Positions 39,901 through 50,262 are shown, counted from the stretch's first letter. The stretch is 58,057 nt of DNA from Armatimonadota bacterium (GCA_043754515.1 JAYUUO010000030.1:1-58057), one strand, 5' to 3'. The notes: a model not told the origin generated them from the letters alone. Made by a program: numbers and translations.

Positions 39901-40727
39901 TTTCCATCTCTGACCCGCTACCGCGCGTCTATGTCTTCGATCTCGATGGCGTGTTGTATCGTGGCGCGGATGCGGTGGAGGGCGCGGCGGACGCGGTGGC
40001 GCGGCTCCGAGCGCGCAGTGCCCCCTACCCCGCCCGACTCTATTTTCTGACAAACAACTCGTCGCAAACCCGCGCCGATTACGTCGCGAAACTCACGCGC
40101 CTGGGCATGCCCTGCGTCGAAGATGAGGTCGTGACGTCCGCTTCGGCGACGGCTCTTTACATCCAACAGCATTTCGGGGCGTCGGGGAAATCCGCGCTGA
40201 TCGTCGGCGGCGCGGGTATCCGGGACGAGTTGACGCGTGTCGGCGTCCGGGTCGTGCATCCCGATGACGCCGATGACGCTACGTACGATTTCGTCGTGGC
40301 GGGACTCGACCGCGATTTCAACTACCGGACGTTACATAGGGCGCAGCAAGCAATCCTCGGCGGTGCCCGCTTTATCGCCACCAACCGCGACGGGCAGTTT
40401 CCTGTTGAGGGCGGTAAGACCATCCCTGGCGGTGGCGCGATGGTCGCCGCTCTCGAAGCGTGTACCGACGTGGCACCGCTCGTAATGGGCAAGCCGGAAA
40501 CTAACGGCTTGCAAACGATCCTCACGATGTCCGGCGTCACGGCGGCGCAAGCGGTAATGATCGGCGACCGGCTTGACACCGACGTACTCTGCGGCAACCG
40601 CCTCGGCGTCCCTACCGTGCTGGTGCTGACTGGCGTCACGTCGCGGGCGCAGGCGGCAGAGCAGGTGGCTCTGTTCCCGGAACGCGTGCCGGGTGTTATC
40701 ATCGAAACGCTCCGCGAGTTGCCGTAA
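39897..40727 (+). CDS. HAD-superfamily IIA hydrolase (NagD-like)
   Basis: FDLDGVLY, LTNNS, ATNRD, GKP, IGDRLDTD, VLTGV. ATGA overlap with the previous gene. Confidence 0.93.
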   Translation: MISISDPLPRVYVFDLDGVLYRGADAVEGAADAVARLRARSAPYPARLYFLTNNSSQTRADYVAKLTRLGMPCVEDEVVTSASATALYIQQHFGASGKSALIVGGAGIRDELTRVGVRVVHPDDADDATYDFVVAGLDRDFNYRTLHRAQQAILGGARFIATNRDGQFPVEGGKTIPGGGAMVAALEACTDVAPLVMGKPETNGLQTILTMSGVTAAQAVMIGDRLDTDVLCGNRLGVPTVLVLTGVTSRAQAAEQVALFPERVPGVIIETLRELP

Positions 40728-40799
40728 AAAGAGTTCCCGTTTCAGTGGACGTCGCTGTTTGTGTGCATCGCGCACCGTGATACCTTACCGAGGACACGA

Positions 40800-41141
40800 A
40801 TGGAACACAAAAATCTTCTCAAAGTGGTGGCTGTACTTTCCGTTGTTGCCGCTTCGTTGTATGCTGACATGATCATACCTCCTTACCTAACCGAGATTGG
40901 GAGGCAGAATGATTTCAAAGCGTATATGGCACGAGAGGAGAGGGCAATGACGGGTCTGAGGAAGATTCAAAACGCGCGGGTTGAACGAACGATTGATTGG
41001 GTCAAAGCTAAAAATCTGCCCGACGCGGAACAAAGGCGCATCATAAGCCTAGAAGTCCACAAGGGTGGTGACGAGTTCAACGCCACATTCTCCTCGGACT
41101 ACAAAGTTCCCTTCAACCTGAAGGCACTCATAGAGAGATGA
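40800..41141 (+). CDS. Hypothetical membrane-anchored protein, AT-richer than flanks
   Basis: GAGGA RBS and an N-terminal hydrophobic helix. Confidence 0.6.
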   Translation: MEHKNLLKVVAVLSVVAASLYADMIIPPYLTEIGRQNDFKAYMAREERAMTGLRKIQNARVERTIDWVKAKNLPDAEQRRIISLEVHKGGDEFNATFSSDYKVPFNLKALIER

Positions 41142-41308
41142 GCAACGACCACGCCATCGGTGACCACTTCCAGACCACCGGCTTCTGGCCTTACTACTAC
41201 CTGTTTGACGCCGAACGCAAACTCCGAAGGCGCGCGGCGGGCGGCAATGGGTTTTCGCTGGTCGAGAGCGTCATCGAGCGGTTCCTTCCGCCTCCCCGCA
41301 CTTCGTGA
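41138..41308 (+). pseudogene. C-terminal remnant of a TlpA/YkuV-like redoxin
   Basis: NDHAIGDHFQTTGFWPYYYLFDAERKLRRRAAGGNGFSLVESVIERFL resembles the cis-Pro/beta-hairpin end of thioredoxin-like proteins. No CxxC half is present. Confidence 0.55.
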
Positions 41309-41404
41309 GTTTGCGTTCGGCGTTCAGCCCCCGTTACTAAACGAAAGTTATAACCCCGGCACGGCAAGCAGGAAAGTAGCGCGGCAGGCGCGAACCGTAC
41401 CCGT

Positions 41405-42283
41405 ATGAGCATATCAACAATTACCGACGAACTCGCGACGGACGATGGTGATCTATTTATTATCCTCATCGGCAGTGGCGGCTATGCTTGGGATGAGACA
41501 ATAGAGGGAGTCGCGACCATTACCGCCGCCACCCACCGCGCGGTTAGCTTCTCCGTCGTCACTCTGAGTCTGAACGAGGAACAGCAACCCGAAGCACTCT
41601 CCTCCGGCAGGTTCGGCGCGGGCGAACAACCGCCGTCCTTGCTCGCGGGGTCGGATGTCAATGCCGAACTCAGGATGATCGGCGTCGGGCGCGATGCCAT
41701 CACGCTAGCGGAAACGGTCGTGGCGCGTGACCTGACACTGACGCCGAGCGACCCCAGGCAGGAGTTTACGTTCGCACTCCGCGTGCCCGACGGGATCGCG
41801 CTATCGGGCATGTACAGCCTCACGATACGCGCCGCCGCGACCGGGGGCCGGGACAACGATCGGGTGTCTCTGATGCCGTTCCTGCTACTGCCCCCGCGCC
41901 GGATTCAGGCGATTCAGGAGGCACTCCGCGCGTTCGGCGATTTCGAGGCGGTGGAGGTGGGCAACTACGTCACCGCGAGCGGCGCGCATCGTTTCATGCT
42001 CGATTACGCCGCGCCACCGGCCTTAAGGCATCGGCTCGACGGGATCAAGTTTGACCTTTCCGACACCGACGCGGAAGTCACCGGTTTCGCCGAGATTAAT
42101 CCGGGGGAGCATTCCATCGCCGATCACTTGCGCTCGTTCATCCATGCCGACCGCATTCGGATTCCCGTCGTCTTCGACCGCGCCGAACTCGAAGCGGCGG
42201 GTAGCGAAAACCGCGCTTCGGAGGCGGCAAAGCAACGGCTACACGAACTGCTGGATCCGTTCCTGAACCCGGTCGCGCCGTAG
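41405..42283 (+). CDS. Hypothetical protein, Spo0M-like
   Basis: Beta-sandwich-like N-terminus, then PPRRIQAIQEAL..FG...LDY..P..LRHRLDGIKF...EIN pattern. Confidence 0.55.
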   Translation: MSISTITDELATDDGDLFIILIGSGGYAWDETIEGVATITAATHRAVSFSVVTLSLNEEQQPEALSSGRFGAGEQPPSLLAGSDVNAELRMIGVGRDAITLAETVVARDLTLTPSDPRQEFTFALRVPDGIALSGMYSLTIRAAATGGRDNDRVSLMPFLLLPPRRIQAIQEALRAFGDFEAVEVGNYVTASGAHRFMLDYAAPPALRHRLDGIKFDLSDTDAEVTGFAEINPGEHSIADHLRSFIHADRIRIPVVFDRAELEAAGSENRASEAAKQRLHELLDPFLNPVAP

Positions 42284-42292
42284 CCGCGCCTG

Positions 42293-43453
42293 GTGGAAAC
42301 CCTACGTATCGCCGTGGACGCGCGTCCGCTAACATCCGGCCAGGTGGGCGGCTTTCGGACGTATCTGCGCTCCCTGCTGATCGGCTTACGGGAGCGGCAG
42401 GACGCTGGCGGGGGCTTGCCGCGCCTCCTGCTATACCTCGGTCGCCCCCCGACCCCGGAACTCATCGCGACACTTCCCACCGGCACCGAAACGCGCGTCT
42501 TATCCCCGAACCGCCTGCGTGTTGACGCGCGGCTCTGGCGGACACAAATCCGGGCCGATGCGCCCGACCTCGTGTTCGGGACTCAAAACTACCTGCCGGA
42601 CACGGGCGACGATAGCAACCCGATAGCGTCCGTGGTCGTACTACACGACGCTATAGGGATCAAGCGGTATGCATGGGAGCGAGACACGCCGCGCACTCTG
42701 CGGGAACGCGTGACACATCGCTACTGGCAATGGCAGACGCTCCGATCCGCCCGTCGCGCGACCCGCGTGATTACAGTTTCGGGCGGCGCGCGGGACGAAA
42801 TACGCTCCGTGTTGACGGATCTACCAGGATCGCGGTTCGTGACCATCTACAACGGAATCGCCCTACCTACGCCACGGTTGGGCGGGGGGCGGGATGTCGG
42901 CACGATCCTCTGCATCGCCTCCCCCGACCCGCGCAAAAATCTGACGTTACTATTCGACGCGCTCAAAAACCACCGGGCGCGGATCGGAGACGGGGTATTG
43001 CGGCTCCGGGTCGTCTGCGCATCGGCGGACGTTGCCGCGCGTACCGGCGCGGCACTGGCAGTCTACGGGCTTGACGCCGAACTGATCACGGGGCTTGACG
43101 ATCAAGGTCTCGCCGACGTTTATTCGCGGAGCGCCATTTTTGTTTGGCCTTCGCATCAGGAGGGGTTCGGATTACCGCCGCTTGAAATGATGGCGACCGG
43201 CGGGGCCGTCGCGTCTTCCGACGCAATCTGTATGCCTGAAGTGCTCGGCGATGCGCCGGTCTATTTCTCGCCGCTGAGCGCGGTCGGTCTCGCCGATGCA
43301 GTTGGGGCACTGCTTCGCGATCCAGTAGCGCGGCGCGAGCGCGGCGAACGGGGGCGCGCCCATGCGGCAACCTTCACCTGCCGCCGCATGGCGGACGAGA
43401 CAATCGCGGTGTGGGAACAGGTGGCCGGGGGATCGCGCCCCCCGCCCCGTTAG
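42293..43453 (+). CDS. Glycosyltransferase family 4 protein
   Basis: IAVDAR, LHD, ITVS, PRKNL, WPSHQEGFGLPPLEMMATG. Confidence 0.92.
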   Translation: METLRIAVDARPLTSGQVGGFRTYLRSLLIGLRERQDAGGGLPRLLLYLGRPPTPELIATLPTGTETRVLSPNRLRVDARLWRTQIRADAPDLVFGTQNYLPDTGDDSNPIASVVVLHDAIGIKRYAWERDTPRTLRERVTHRYWQWQTLRSARRATRVITVSGGARDEIRSVLTDLPGSRFVTIYNGIALPTPRLGGGRDVGTILCIASPDPRKNLTLLFDALKNHRARIGDGVLRLRVVCASADVAARTGAALAVYGLDAELITGLDDQGLADVYSRSAIFVWPSHQEGFGLPPLEMMATGGAVASSDAICMPEVLGDAPVYFSPLSAVGLADAVGALLRDPVARRERGERGRAHAATFTCRRMADETIAVWEQVAGGSRPPPR

Positions 43454-43463
43454 TGCTTCCGCG

Positions 43464-44591
43464 TCACCCGCGCGGTTGCGCCTGTTTGATCGAGAACGTC
43501 TCGTAAGGTGCCTCGTCCGGCGCACCATCCGTTATGTGGAGCGTGCGGGACTCCAGGTCCATTATCACCGACGTAATAGTCGCGTACTGATCGGTCTCCG
43601 ACTCCTTCAGGTCACGGTGGCGGCAGATTCCGTCGGGGTCGTCGCGCGTGTCCCGTAGCATCTCCCCGATTCTGGCGACTGTGAGCGGGCGACCATTGAC
43701 CAACAGTTCGCGCATCCGTGACTGACGGGCGACGGAAAGATCCATCCGCTCGCTCGCCGTCTCCCGCACCCCTATCGCATCCGGCGCAACGAAATGGTTC
43801 GCGTGCGTCAGACAGCCTTCCGTACAAGACAGGATATTCACCACGTTCGGCGCGGCTTCGACATCCGCGACGCCGTCCGGTGCCTGCGCGATCAGGAAGT
43901 TCGTCGAACAGGAACGGCCCTCGCCCGTGACAACGCGAACGGCGTCAGCAAGCGTGCGCGAACGCAGAATCTCGTAGCAACGGACGTGAAACGGCTTCGC
44001 CATTCGCTCCATGTCATCGTCCGTGGTCGTCATGCCGTTGATCGCCAGTCCCACCCCCGCCGTGTTCAGCCCGATCTTGGTGCCAACAATCCCCGCTTCC
44101 GTAAACCCCAGCGTCTCGAATCTGTCAGGGTCGGTAGTGTGGATCACCGCGCCCTGCACGCCGGGGATCCAGTCCCAATTCTGCCCCATCAGCAGGTGCT
44201 CACTTTGAGTCATTTCGGGCAGAACCGCGAACGCCGTGCAGCCATCGGGCCGGGGTTCAGTTTTTTCCGCCTCCAGAGCGGACGACATTCTGCCGAACTG
44301 ATAGTAGAGGATCTCGTAGCGAATATTCAGCGCGATGATCTCCGCGAGCGGAAAGCCGGAACCGGTCGCGATACCTTCCATTTGCGCGAAATAGTCGGCG
44401 TTCTGGGCGGGCATGACCGCAGCGTACCGGTTGGCGATGGCAAAAACTTTTTTACGCGGGAGAAGGACTTCCCGCTCGAAGCGGTGAAAATAGAGTGCGA
44501 GGTTGTGCGCAATCCGCGCTCGCAGCGCGCGCCCGTGTGCCTCGCCTTGCTGGAACGGGTCGCCGGTGAGATGCAGATAAGGTAGTGGCAT
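43464..44591 (-). CDS. Peptidase C45 family (acyl-CoA:6-APA acyltransferase-like Ntn hydrolase)
   Basis: LNIRYE, G-CT autocleavage site, QNWDW, GLNTAG, HANH. Confidence 0.9.
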   Translation of the reverse strand: MPLPYLHLTGDPFQQGEAHGRALRARIAHNLALYFHRFEREVLLPRKKVFAIANRYAAVMPAQNADYFAQMEGIATGSGFPLAEIIALNIRYEILYYQFGRMSSALEAEKTEPRPDGCTAFAVLPEMTQSEHLLMGQNWDWIPGVQGAVIHTTDPDRFETLGFTEAGIVGTKIGLNTAGVGLAINGMTTTDDDMERMAKPFHVRCYEILRSRTLADAVRVVTGEGRSCSTNFLIAQAPDGVADVEAAPNVVNILSCTEGCLTHANHFVAPDAIGVRETASERMDLSVARQSRMRELLVNGRPLTVARIGEMLRDTRDDPDGICRHRDLKESETDQYATITSVIMDLESRTLHITDGAPDEAPYETFSIKQAQPRG

Positions 44592-44807
44592 TGTCGTGTG
44601 TCGGAAATAGATTTGTCATTCCGCCGGGTCGGCGAATGTTACATCCAATATACCCACCCGTCAGTGTTAAGTTGTGGTGATTCTTGTAGTAACAAATCGT
44701 GAGCGACGGAGGCCGTGTCTCGGACACGCTCTAGTTCCGGTGCGCTTGTGACGCGACATACCCCACCCATTTTTGGATGTTTGATTAAACTCAGGAGGAC
44801 GGATTGC

Positions 44808-45821
44808 ATGATGTTAAATAAGAAGGCCGCGCTTTTCGCGGCAACCCTCGCTCTATTCGGGGGTGTCACACACACCGCCAACGCCCAGATAATCGCCGCC
44901 GATTCCTACAAGATCGGGACCGACCGAAGCCAGGGTCAGTATACAGACGGCAACTCGCTCGCTAGCACCGGCGCGATCAACAATCTGGTCACCCAGGGAT
45001 TCACGACAACCGGGTACGGAAGTGGGACCGGAACCGCGCAGTTTCAATCTACCAGTGGAGGATTAGGCTACGCGCCGCTGGGCATCACCTCCGCTGACAG
45101 CGGCAAAGTTACCTATGCCGCTGCCGGTTTGGATAACAATACTCGCAGCACCGCGCGGCTCCTCACCGCCGTTCCATCAAGTTCGACTTATTGGTTCAGT
45201 AGCCTGGTCAACCGGGGAGCGGTGGATGCAAACTCCACAGGGCGTGACTACGTTCTATCCGGTTTCGGCGGTACCGTGCTAGCAACTTCCCTAATCCTCA
45301 CCCCGTCTTCGCCGGGGGTAACTGGGCTGTTTTACGGGTTCACCGGGGACACGGGTAATTTAGCGATCCGCTACAGAAGCGCGGGCGGAAGCGCGACACA
45401 GAATAATACAGTCGAGACCGTGTTGCTGAACACGTCTCAAACAAGTTTGGACAACAATACGTATGCCCTTATCTTCAAAGTAGAAAGTGCTTTCGCCGGT
45501 GGGGTTGCGGATCGCTTATCTTACTGGGTTAACCCGACCAGTTTTACTAACGAAGCTTCGCTGACTTCCAGCTCCCTCGCAAAAGGAGTCCTTACGGATA
45601 CTAACATTCTGTCCGGGAGCACTGATTTCCAGCGACTGACGTATGTAAGCCACAACTATAACAGCAGTGCCTTCTTTGATGAGCAACGATTTGGGACGAC
45701 TCTTGCTTCCGTGGCTCCTGGTGCAAGTGTCACGGTGCCGGAGGCGGGATCAGTCTCGCTACTCCTAGTGGGTGGTCTCTCCCTCATGGGCGTCGTGCTC
45801 CGCAAGCGCAAAGCGGCGTAG
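44808..45821 (+). CDS. PEP-CTERM sorting domain protein
   Basis: AGGAGGA RBS, signal peptide ending ANA-Q, FDEQRFGTT, VPEAGSVSLLLVGG...RKRKAA tail. Confidence 0.92.
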   Translation: MMLNKKAALFAATLALFGGVTHTANAQIIAADSYKIGTDRSQGQYTDGNSLASTGAINNLVTQGFTTTGYGSGTGTAQFQSTSGGLGYAPLGITSADSGKVTYAAAGLDNNTRSTARLLTAVPSSSTYWFSSLVNRGAVDANSTGRDYVLSGFGGTVLATSLILTPSSPGVTGLFYGFTGDTGNLAIRYRSAGGSATQNNTVETVLLNTSQTSLDNNTYALIFKVESAFAGGVADRLSYWVNPTSFTNEASLTSSSLAKGVLTDTNILSGSTDFQRLTYVSHNYNSSAFFDEQRFGTTLASVAPGASVTVPEAGSVSLLLVGGLSLMGVVLRKRKAA

Positions 45822-45841
45822 TCTACGCGGTGTTCCGCAAG

Positions 45842-45881
45842 AAAGCGGTCGGGTCGCCAGTCGGCGACCTGACCGTTTTTT
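45842..45881 (+). terminator. Intrinsic terminator
   Basis: GCGGTCGGGTCGCC-agtc-GGCGACCTGACCGT followed by a T-run. Confidence 0.85.
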
Positions 45882-45974
45882 CGTCGCCACGTTTAGCGAA
45901 ACGGCTTCCCAGCGCGATACCATAACAGCAAATCATTTTGTCCGCGACCGCGTGTTCGCGACAGGAAGCCGATC

Positions 45975-47918
45975 ATGTCTGTCTCACTCCCGATAACGAT
46001 ACGCCCCTTCGTGCCGGACGATTACGAGTGGGTCGTCGAGATCCACAACCTGCTCTTCCCGACCGACCGCGACACCGTGGAGGAGATGCGCGACGAGGAC
46101 GCTAAGCGCAACCCGAAGTGTCTCCACGCCCGCTATGTCGCCATGGACGACGCGGGCGTGACGGTGGCATTCGGCGGCTACGGGCAAAGCCCGTGGCAGT
46201 TCCACCCGCGTAAGTTCGGCATCTCGGTAAATGTCCACCCCGATTACCAGAACCGTGGCGTCGGGGTGCGACTATACGAACACCTCCGCGCCGATGTCGA
46301 GCGGTACGAGCCAATCCTGCTTCGCGATCATGTCCAGGAAGACAAGCCCGCCGCCCTCGCCTTCGCCGCGAAATACGGATTTCAGGAGGTCGCGCGGGAG
46401 TGGGAGTCGGTACTGAACCCCGCTGACTTTGATTTCGCGCCCTACAACGGCGTCGGGGAACGGCTCGCTGAACTTGGCATCGTGATGAAAACCCTGCGCG
46501 AATTGGAACCCGACCCGGACCGCGACCGCCGCCTCTACGACCTCGACATGGAGATTTCGCTCGACATGCCGAACACCGAGGAGAGCACCGTGCCCGATTT
46601 CGCGACCTGGAAAAAGGACACGTTCGAGGGATATGGCTTGCTCCCCGACGGCTACTTCGTCGCCGTGGACACCGCCACCGACAGCAAATACGTCGGTTTG
46701 ACGTCCCTCTGGTCGAACTTATCGGACGCCGAACTCAGCACCGGAGCGACCGGCACCCTGCCCTCTTACCGACGCCGGGGGATCGCGCTCGCGCTGAAGA
46801 TACGTGCCCTGCGGTTCGCGAAGGAGTCGGGCACGCCGCTTGTGCGCACCTGGAACGCGCAGTCGAACCGTGCCATGCTCGCGATCAACGAGAAACTAGG
46901 ATTCGCGAAGGAACCCGCCTGGATAGAGTACCACCACCAGGTCCGCCCCGAGCCGGTAACGATTCGCGAGGCCACGCCCCGTGACTACGAAGCAATCGCG
47001 GCGGTGTTATCCGCCGTCTGGCACGAGTTTCCGGTCACGGCGGACGAGTTGCGGTACCAATCTAAGAGCCGCAATCCCACAATGCGCCACGACCGATTCG
47101 TGATCGAAGTCGAGGGGAAGATGGTCGCGGTCGGTTCCTACGGGCAGAGCATGTCGTTCTACGACCCGCGCAAGTTCCACCTGCATCTGGATGTGCTTCC
47201 TGAGTATCAGGGGCGTGGCTACGGCAAGGCGATGTACGAACATATTCTCGCCGCGCTTCGTCCGTTCGCGCCGCGCATCCTCACCGTTGACACTCTCTCC
47301 GACCGCGAACGCGCCGTGCGCTTCCTGGCGGACCGGGGATTCGAGATCGCCCAGCGGGAGCAGACCAGCCGGTGCGACCCGTCCTGTTTCGACCCGGCCT
47401 TGTACACGAGCGATATGGCGAAAGTCATGGCACGGGGCATCACCCTGCACACACTCGCCGAACTTCGGGACGCCGACCCGAACTTCTATGTGAAGTACGA
47501 GAGTCTGCACTGGGAGTTGACGCGCGACGTCCCCCACGCCGAGGAGATAACCCGTCTCCCGATGGAGGAGTTCATGAAGCGACTAGACAGCCCGAGGTTT
47601 CTGTCTGACGGGAACTTCGTCGCCGTGGACGCGGCTACGGGGGAGCACGTCGGCTTGACAATGTTATGGGGGAGCGCGGCGAACCGCGATCTACACACCG
47701 GCATGACTGGCGTTATCACGCCTTACCGCAAGTGCGGTATCGCGACCGCCTTGAAAGTGCTGGCTTTAACCTACGCAAAAGAGCGCGGTGCGACGGCGGT
47801 ATGGACGACAAATGAGGTCGGGAACGTGGGGATGCTCGGGATCAACGCGCGGTTCGGGTTCGAGAAGCAACCGGACGAGCTGCAATACACGAAACGAATC
47901 CCGGAAACGCATGACTGA
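45975..47918 (+). CDS. Four-domain GNAT acetyltransferase (two fused double-GNAT units)
   Basis: VHPDYQNRGVG, YRRRGIALALK, VLPEYQGRGYG, YRKCGIATALK, and N..ML.IN..GF twice. Confidence 0.9.
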   Translation: MSVSLPITIRPFVPDDYEWVVEIHNLLFPTDRDTVEEMRDEDAKRNPKCLHARYVAMDDAGVTVAFGGYGQSPWQFHPRKFGISVNVHPDYQNRGVGVRLYEHLRADVERYEPILLRDHVQEDKPAALAFAAKYGFQEVAREWESVLNPADFDFAPYNGVGERLAELGIVMKTLRELEPDPDRDRRLYDLDMEISLDMPNTEESTVPDFATWKKDTFEGYGLLPDGYFVAVDTATDSKYVGLTSLWSNLSDAELSTGATGTLPSYRRRGIALALKIRALRFAKESGTPLVRTWNAQSNRAMLAINEKLGFAKEPAWIEYHHQVRPEPVTIREATPRDYEAIAAVLSAVWHEFPVTADELRYQSKSRNPTMRHDRFVIEVEGKMVAVGSYGQSMSFYDPRKFHLHLDVLPEYQGRGYGKAMYEHILAALRPFAPRILTVDTLSDRERAVRFLADRGFEIAQREQTSRCDPSCFDPALYTSDMAKVMARGITLHTLAELRDADPNFYVKYESLHWELTRDVPHAEEITRLPMEEFMKRLDSPRFLSDGNFVAVDAATGEHVGLTMLWGSAANRDLHTGMTGVITPYRKCGIATALKVLALTYAKERGATAVWTTNEVGNVGMLGINARFGFEKQPDELQYTKRIPETHD

Positions 47919-48888
47919 CGACATCACCATCCGCCCATTCGATACCACGAGCGAGGCGGATTACGACTCGCTCGCCGCGATCATCCGCGCCGCGCAACCG
48001 GAATACCCGCTCGCGCCCGCCGGGTTGCGCGACGACGACCGGGTGTACCTCGAAACGGGTAAGCCGTTCGGACGGCTTTTCGCCCTAGATCGAGACGGGG
48101 TGCCGGTCGGATTCGCCGAGTACTCTCCCGCTCTCTGGCGGCAGGGGGCGGGAAAGTTTTACCTGAAACTGATGGTGCGCCCGGAGCATCAGGGGCATGG
48201 CATAGGCAGACGGTTGTACGACACTCTCCGGCACGAACTAGACCCGCACGCTCCTACCACCCTGAAAATAGAGTGGCGGGAGGACATGAGCCGAGCGGTG
48301 CGCTTCTTCGGCGAGCGTGGATTCCGCGAAGTGTCCCGCCACTACGAATCACGACTGGACATCGCCGACTTTGACCTCGCCCCGTTCGCAGGTGACCAGG
48401 ATCGCCCGATGACGCATGGCATCCGCATCGTTTCGTGGCCCGAGTTGAAGGCGGGCGATGCGAACGCCGACCACAAGTTATGGGCCGCGACGATGGAGAT
48501 GTCGCCCGATGTGCCGAGCGACGAGCCGTTCGAGCCGCTAGACTACGAGACGTTCCAGAAGGTAATCATGGAGCGGCCCGCGATTGACCCGGACGGCTTT
48601 TTCGTAGCGATAGACGAACGATCCGGCGAATACGCCGGATTGTCGCACATCTGGCGGCGACTCGCCGATAACGATCTCGATACGGGCCTGACGGCGGTGA
48701 AGCGGGGATACCGCCGCCGGGGGATCGCGCTCGCGCTGAAGCTACACGTCATCCGCTGGGCGCAGGCGGGCGGTTTCCACGCATTGCGCACCGAAAACGA
48801 GATCAACAACCGCCCGATGCTCGCCATCAACGAGCGGCTGGGATTTATAAAAGAGCCGCCATGGATTGAGTTCGTCTGGAAGCTTTAG
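47911..48888 (+). CDS. Double-GNAT acetyltransferase, paralog of the upstream units
   Basis: VRPEHQGHGIG, YRRRGIALALK, NRPMLAINERLGF. Overlaps the upstream stop by 8 nt. Confidence 0.9.
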   Translation: MTDDITIRPFDTTSEADYDSLAAIIRAAQPEYPLAPAGLRDDDRVYLETGKPFGRLFALDRDGVPVGFAEYSPALWRQGAGKFYLKLMVRPEHQGHGIGRRLYDTLRHELDPHAPTTLKIEWREDMSRAVRFFGERGFREVSRHYESRLDIADFDLAPFAGDQDRPMTHGIRIVSWPELKAGDANADHKLWAATMEMSPDVPSDEPFEPLDYETFQKVIMERPAIDPDGFFVAIDERSGEYAGLSHIWRRLADNDLDTGLTAVKRGYRRRGIALALKLHVIRWAQAGGFHALRTENEINNRPMLAINERLGFIKEPPWIEFVWKL

Positions 48889-49598
48889 TAGTCGCGGTAT
48901 CGCTGCTCCTGCCACGGGTCGCCAAGCATATGGTAGCCGCCGCGCTCCCAATAGCCGGGAGTGTCGGTCGCACGAAACTCGACGCCGCGTACCCACTTCG
49001 CCGACTTCCACGCGTAAAGCTTCGGGATCACGAGGCGTAGCGGCCCGCCGTGTTCGAGCGAAATCGGTTCGCCGTCGTGCGTGTCCGCGAACAGACAGTC
49101 CTCATCTAAAAAGTACGAGAGAGGCAGGTTCGTCGTCCAGTGCGACGAGCCGCCGAAGAACGAGAACGCGCGGTCATACGCCTGCACAAGCACGAACTTC
49201 GCTTCGGGCTTGAGTTTGACGTGCTTGAGCACCTCGCGCGTAGACACGCCCTCCCATATGTTGCCGAGCCGCGACCAGCGCGTAACACAGTGCATGTCCG
49301 CGAACACTTTGGTTCGCGGCAACGCCTGGAACTCGTCCCATGTTATCGAGAGCGGCTCCTCAACCAGGCCACCGAGCGAAAACTTCCAGACGTCGGGCGT
49401 TAGCTCACTCTCTTTGGGGTGAACACCGGTATCGAGCACGGGCCATTTCTTCGTGCGCGACTGGCTCTGCGGGATGCGCGCCCGCTCCGCGCCGTCTCCC
49501 CGCTTCGTGTCGGGCGAGATGATCGCGTCCGCCGGGGCGTCCGACGGTTTGGGCGGATCGCCGGTCTGTAACTTCGTCTCTGGATTATCTAAAACCAT
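48885..49598 (-). CDS. Sulfite-oxidase-like molybdopterin oxidoreductase
   Basis: DMHCVTRWS, EHGGPLRLVIP.LYAWKSAKW, GYWERGGYH..GDPW. Confidence 0.92.
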   Translation of the reverse strand: MVLDNPETKLQTGDPPKPSDAPADAIISPDTKRGDGAERARIPQSQSRTKKWPVLDTGVHPKESELTPDVWKFSLGGLVEEPLSITWDEFQALPRTKVFADMHCVTRWSRLGNIWEGVSTREVLKHVKLKPEAKFVLVQAYDRAFSFFGGSSHWTTNLPLSYFLDEDCLFADTHDGEPISLEHGGPLRLVIPKLYAWKSAKWVRGVEFRATDTPGYWERGGYHMLGDPWQEQRYRDY

Positions 49599-49655
49599 TT
49601 CACGAACTCCGTTCTGACCCAATGATACCCGAACGGTGGCGAATAGATGAACCTT

Positions 49656-50240
49656 CTACGAACAGCCCTCGATCCACCGCACTTCCGGCAATCGCCCCGC
49701 GCGGAACGAGGTCACCTTTTTGCCGTCCGTCTCGAAGATGAGCCGGAACTTCGCATCTTTGGCGTCGGTCGGGGTGTAGATAAGGTAATGCCCCGCTGGG
49801 TCGTAGGGATGAACTTCGGTCTTGATTTTCCCGGCATAAGCGGCTTTGACTTTGGCTTCGGAATCCCCTACTTGAACTCCGCTCACGGTCGCGATGCCCG
49901 GCTTATCTACCTCCGCGCGGACGACTACACCGCCGACTACCATGAAAGACAATCCGGGTGCGTCGGACTTGTCCTCCATGACCGGTCGCGCGTAACGGCA
50001 ATCACTGCCCTCGGCCCAGCTATTTTCCACACGCCAGGGCATAGCGGACGAATCTATCGCTTTTGTAAGGGGCATCCCGACGCGCACGGAGCCGATACCG
50101 TTCACCGCCATTTTGCTTCGCACGCTCAACGCGTTCGGGTTTACCGTCTGCGCGACCGCGAACGAAGCCACTCCAGTGGCAATAATGGCTACACAAAACG
50201 TCCTCGCGGGGACTGATCTATAAAGCATTTTGAACATCAT
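49656..50240 (-). CDS. Hypothetical secreted protein
   Basis: Signal peptide ending AVA-Q, GIGSVRVGM...C.Y...G.QVGDSE...FETDGKKV..FRAG....IEGC. Confidence 0.75.
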   Translation of the reverse strand: MMFKMLYRSVPARTFCVAIIATGVASFAVAQTVNPNALSVRSKMAVNGIGSVRVGMPLTKAIDSSAMPWRVENSWAEGSDCRYARPVMEDKSDAPGLSFMVVGGVVVRAEVDKPGIATVSGVQVGDSEAKVKAAYAGKIKTEVHPYDPAGHYLIYTPTDAKDAKFRLIFETDGKKVTSFRAGRLPEVRWIEGCS

Positions 50241-50262
50241 CACTCTCCGCAGGCCTTGCCTG

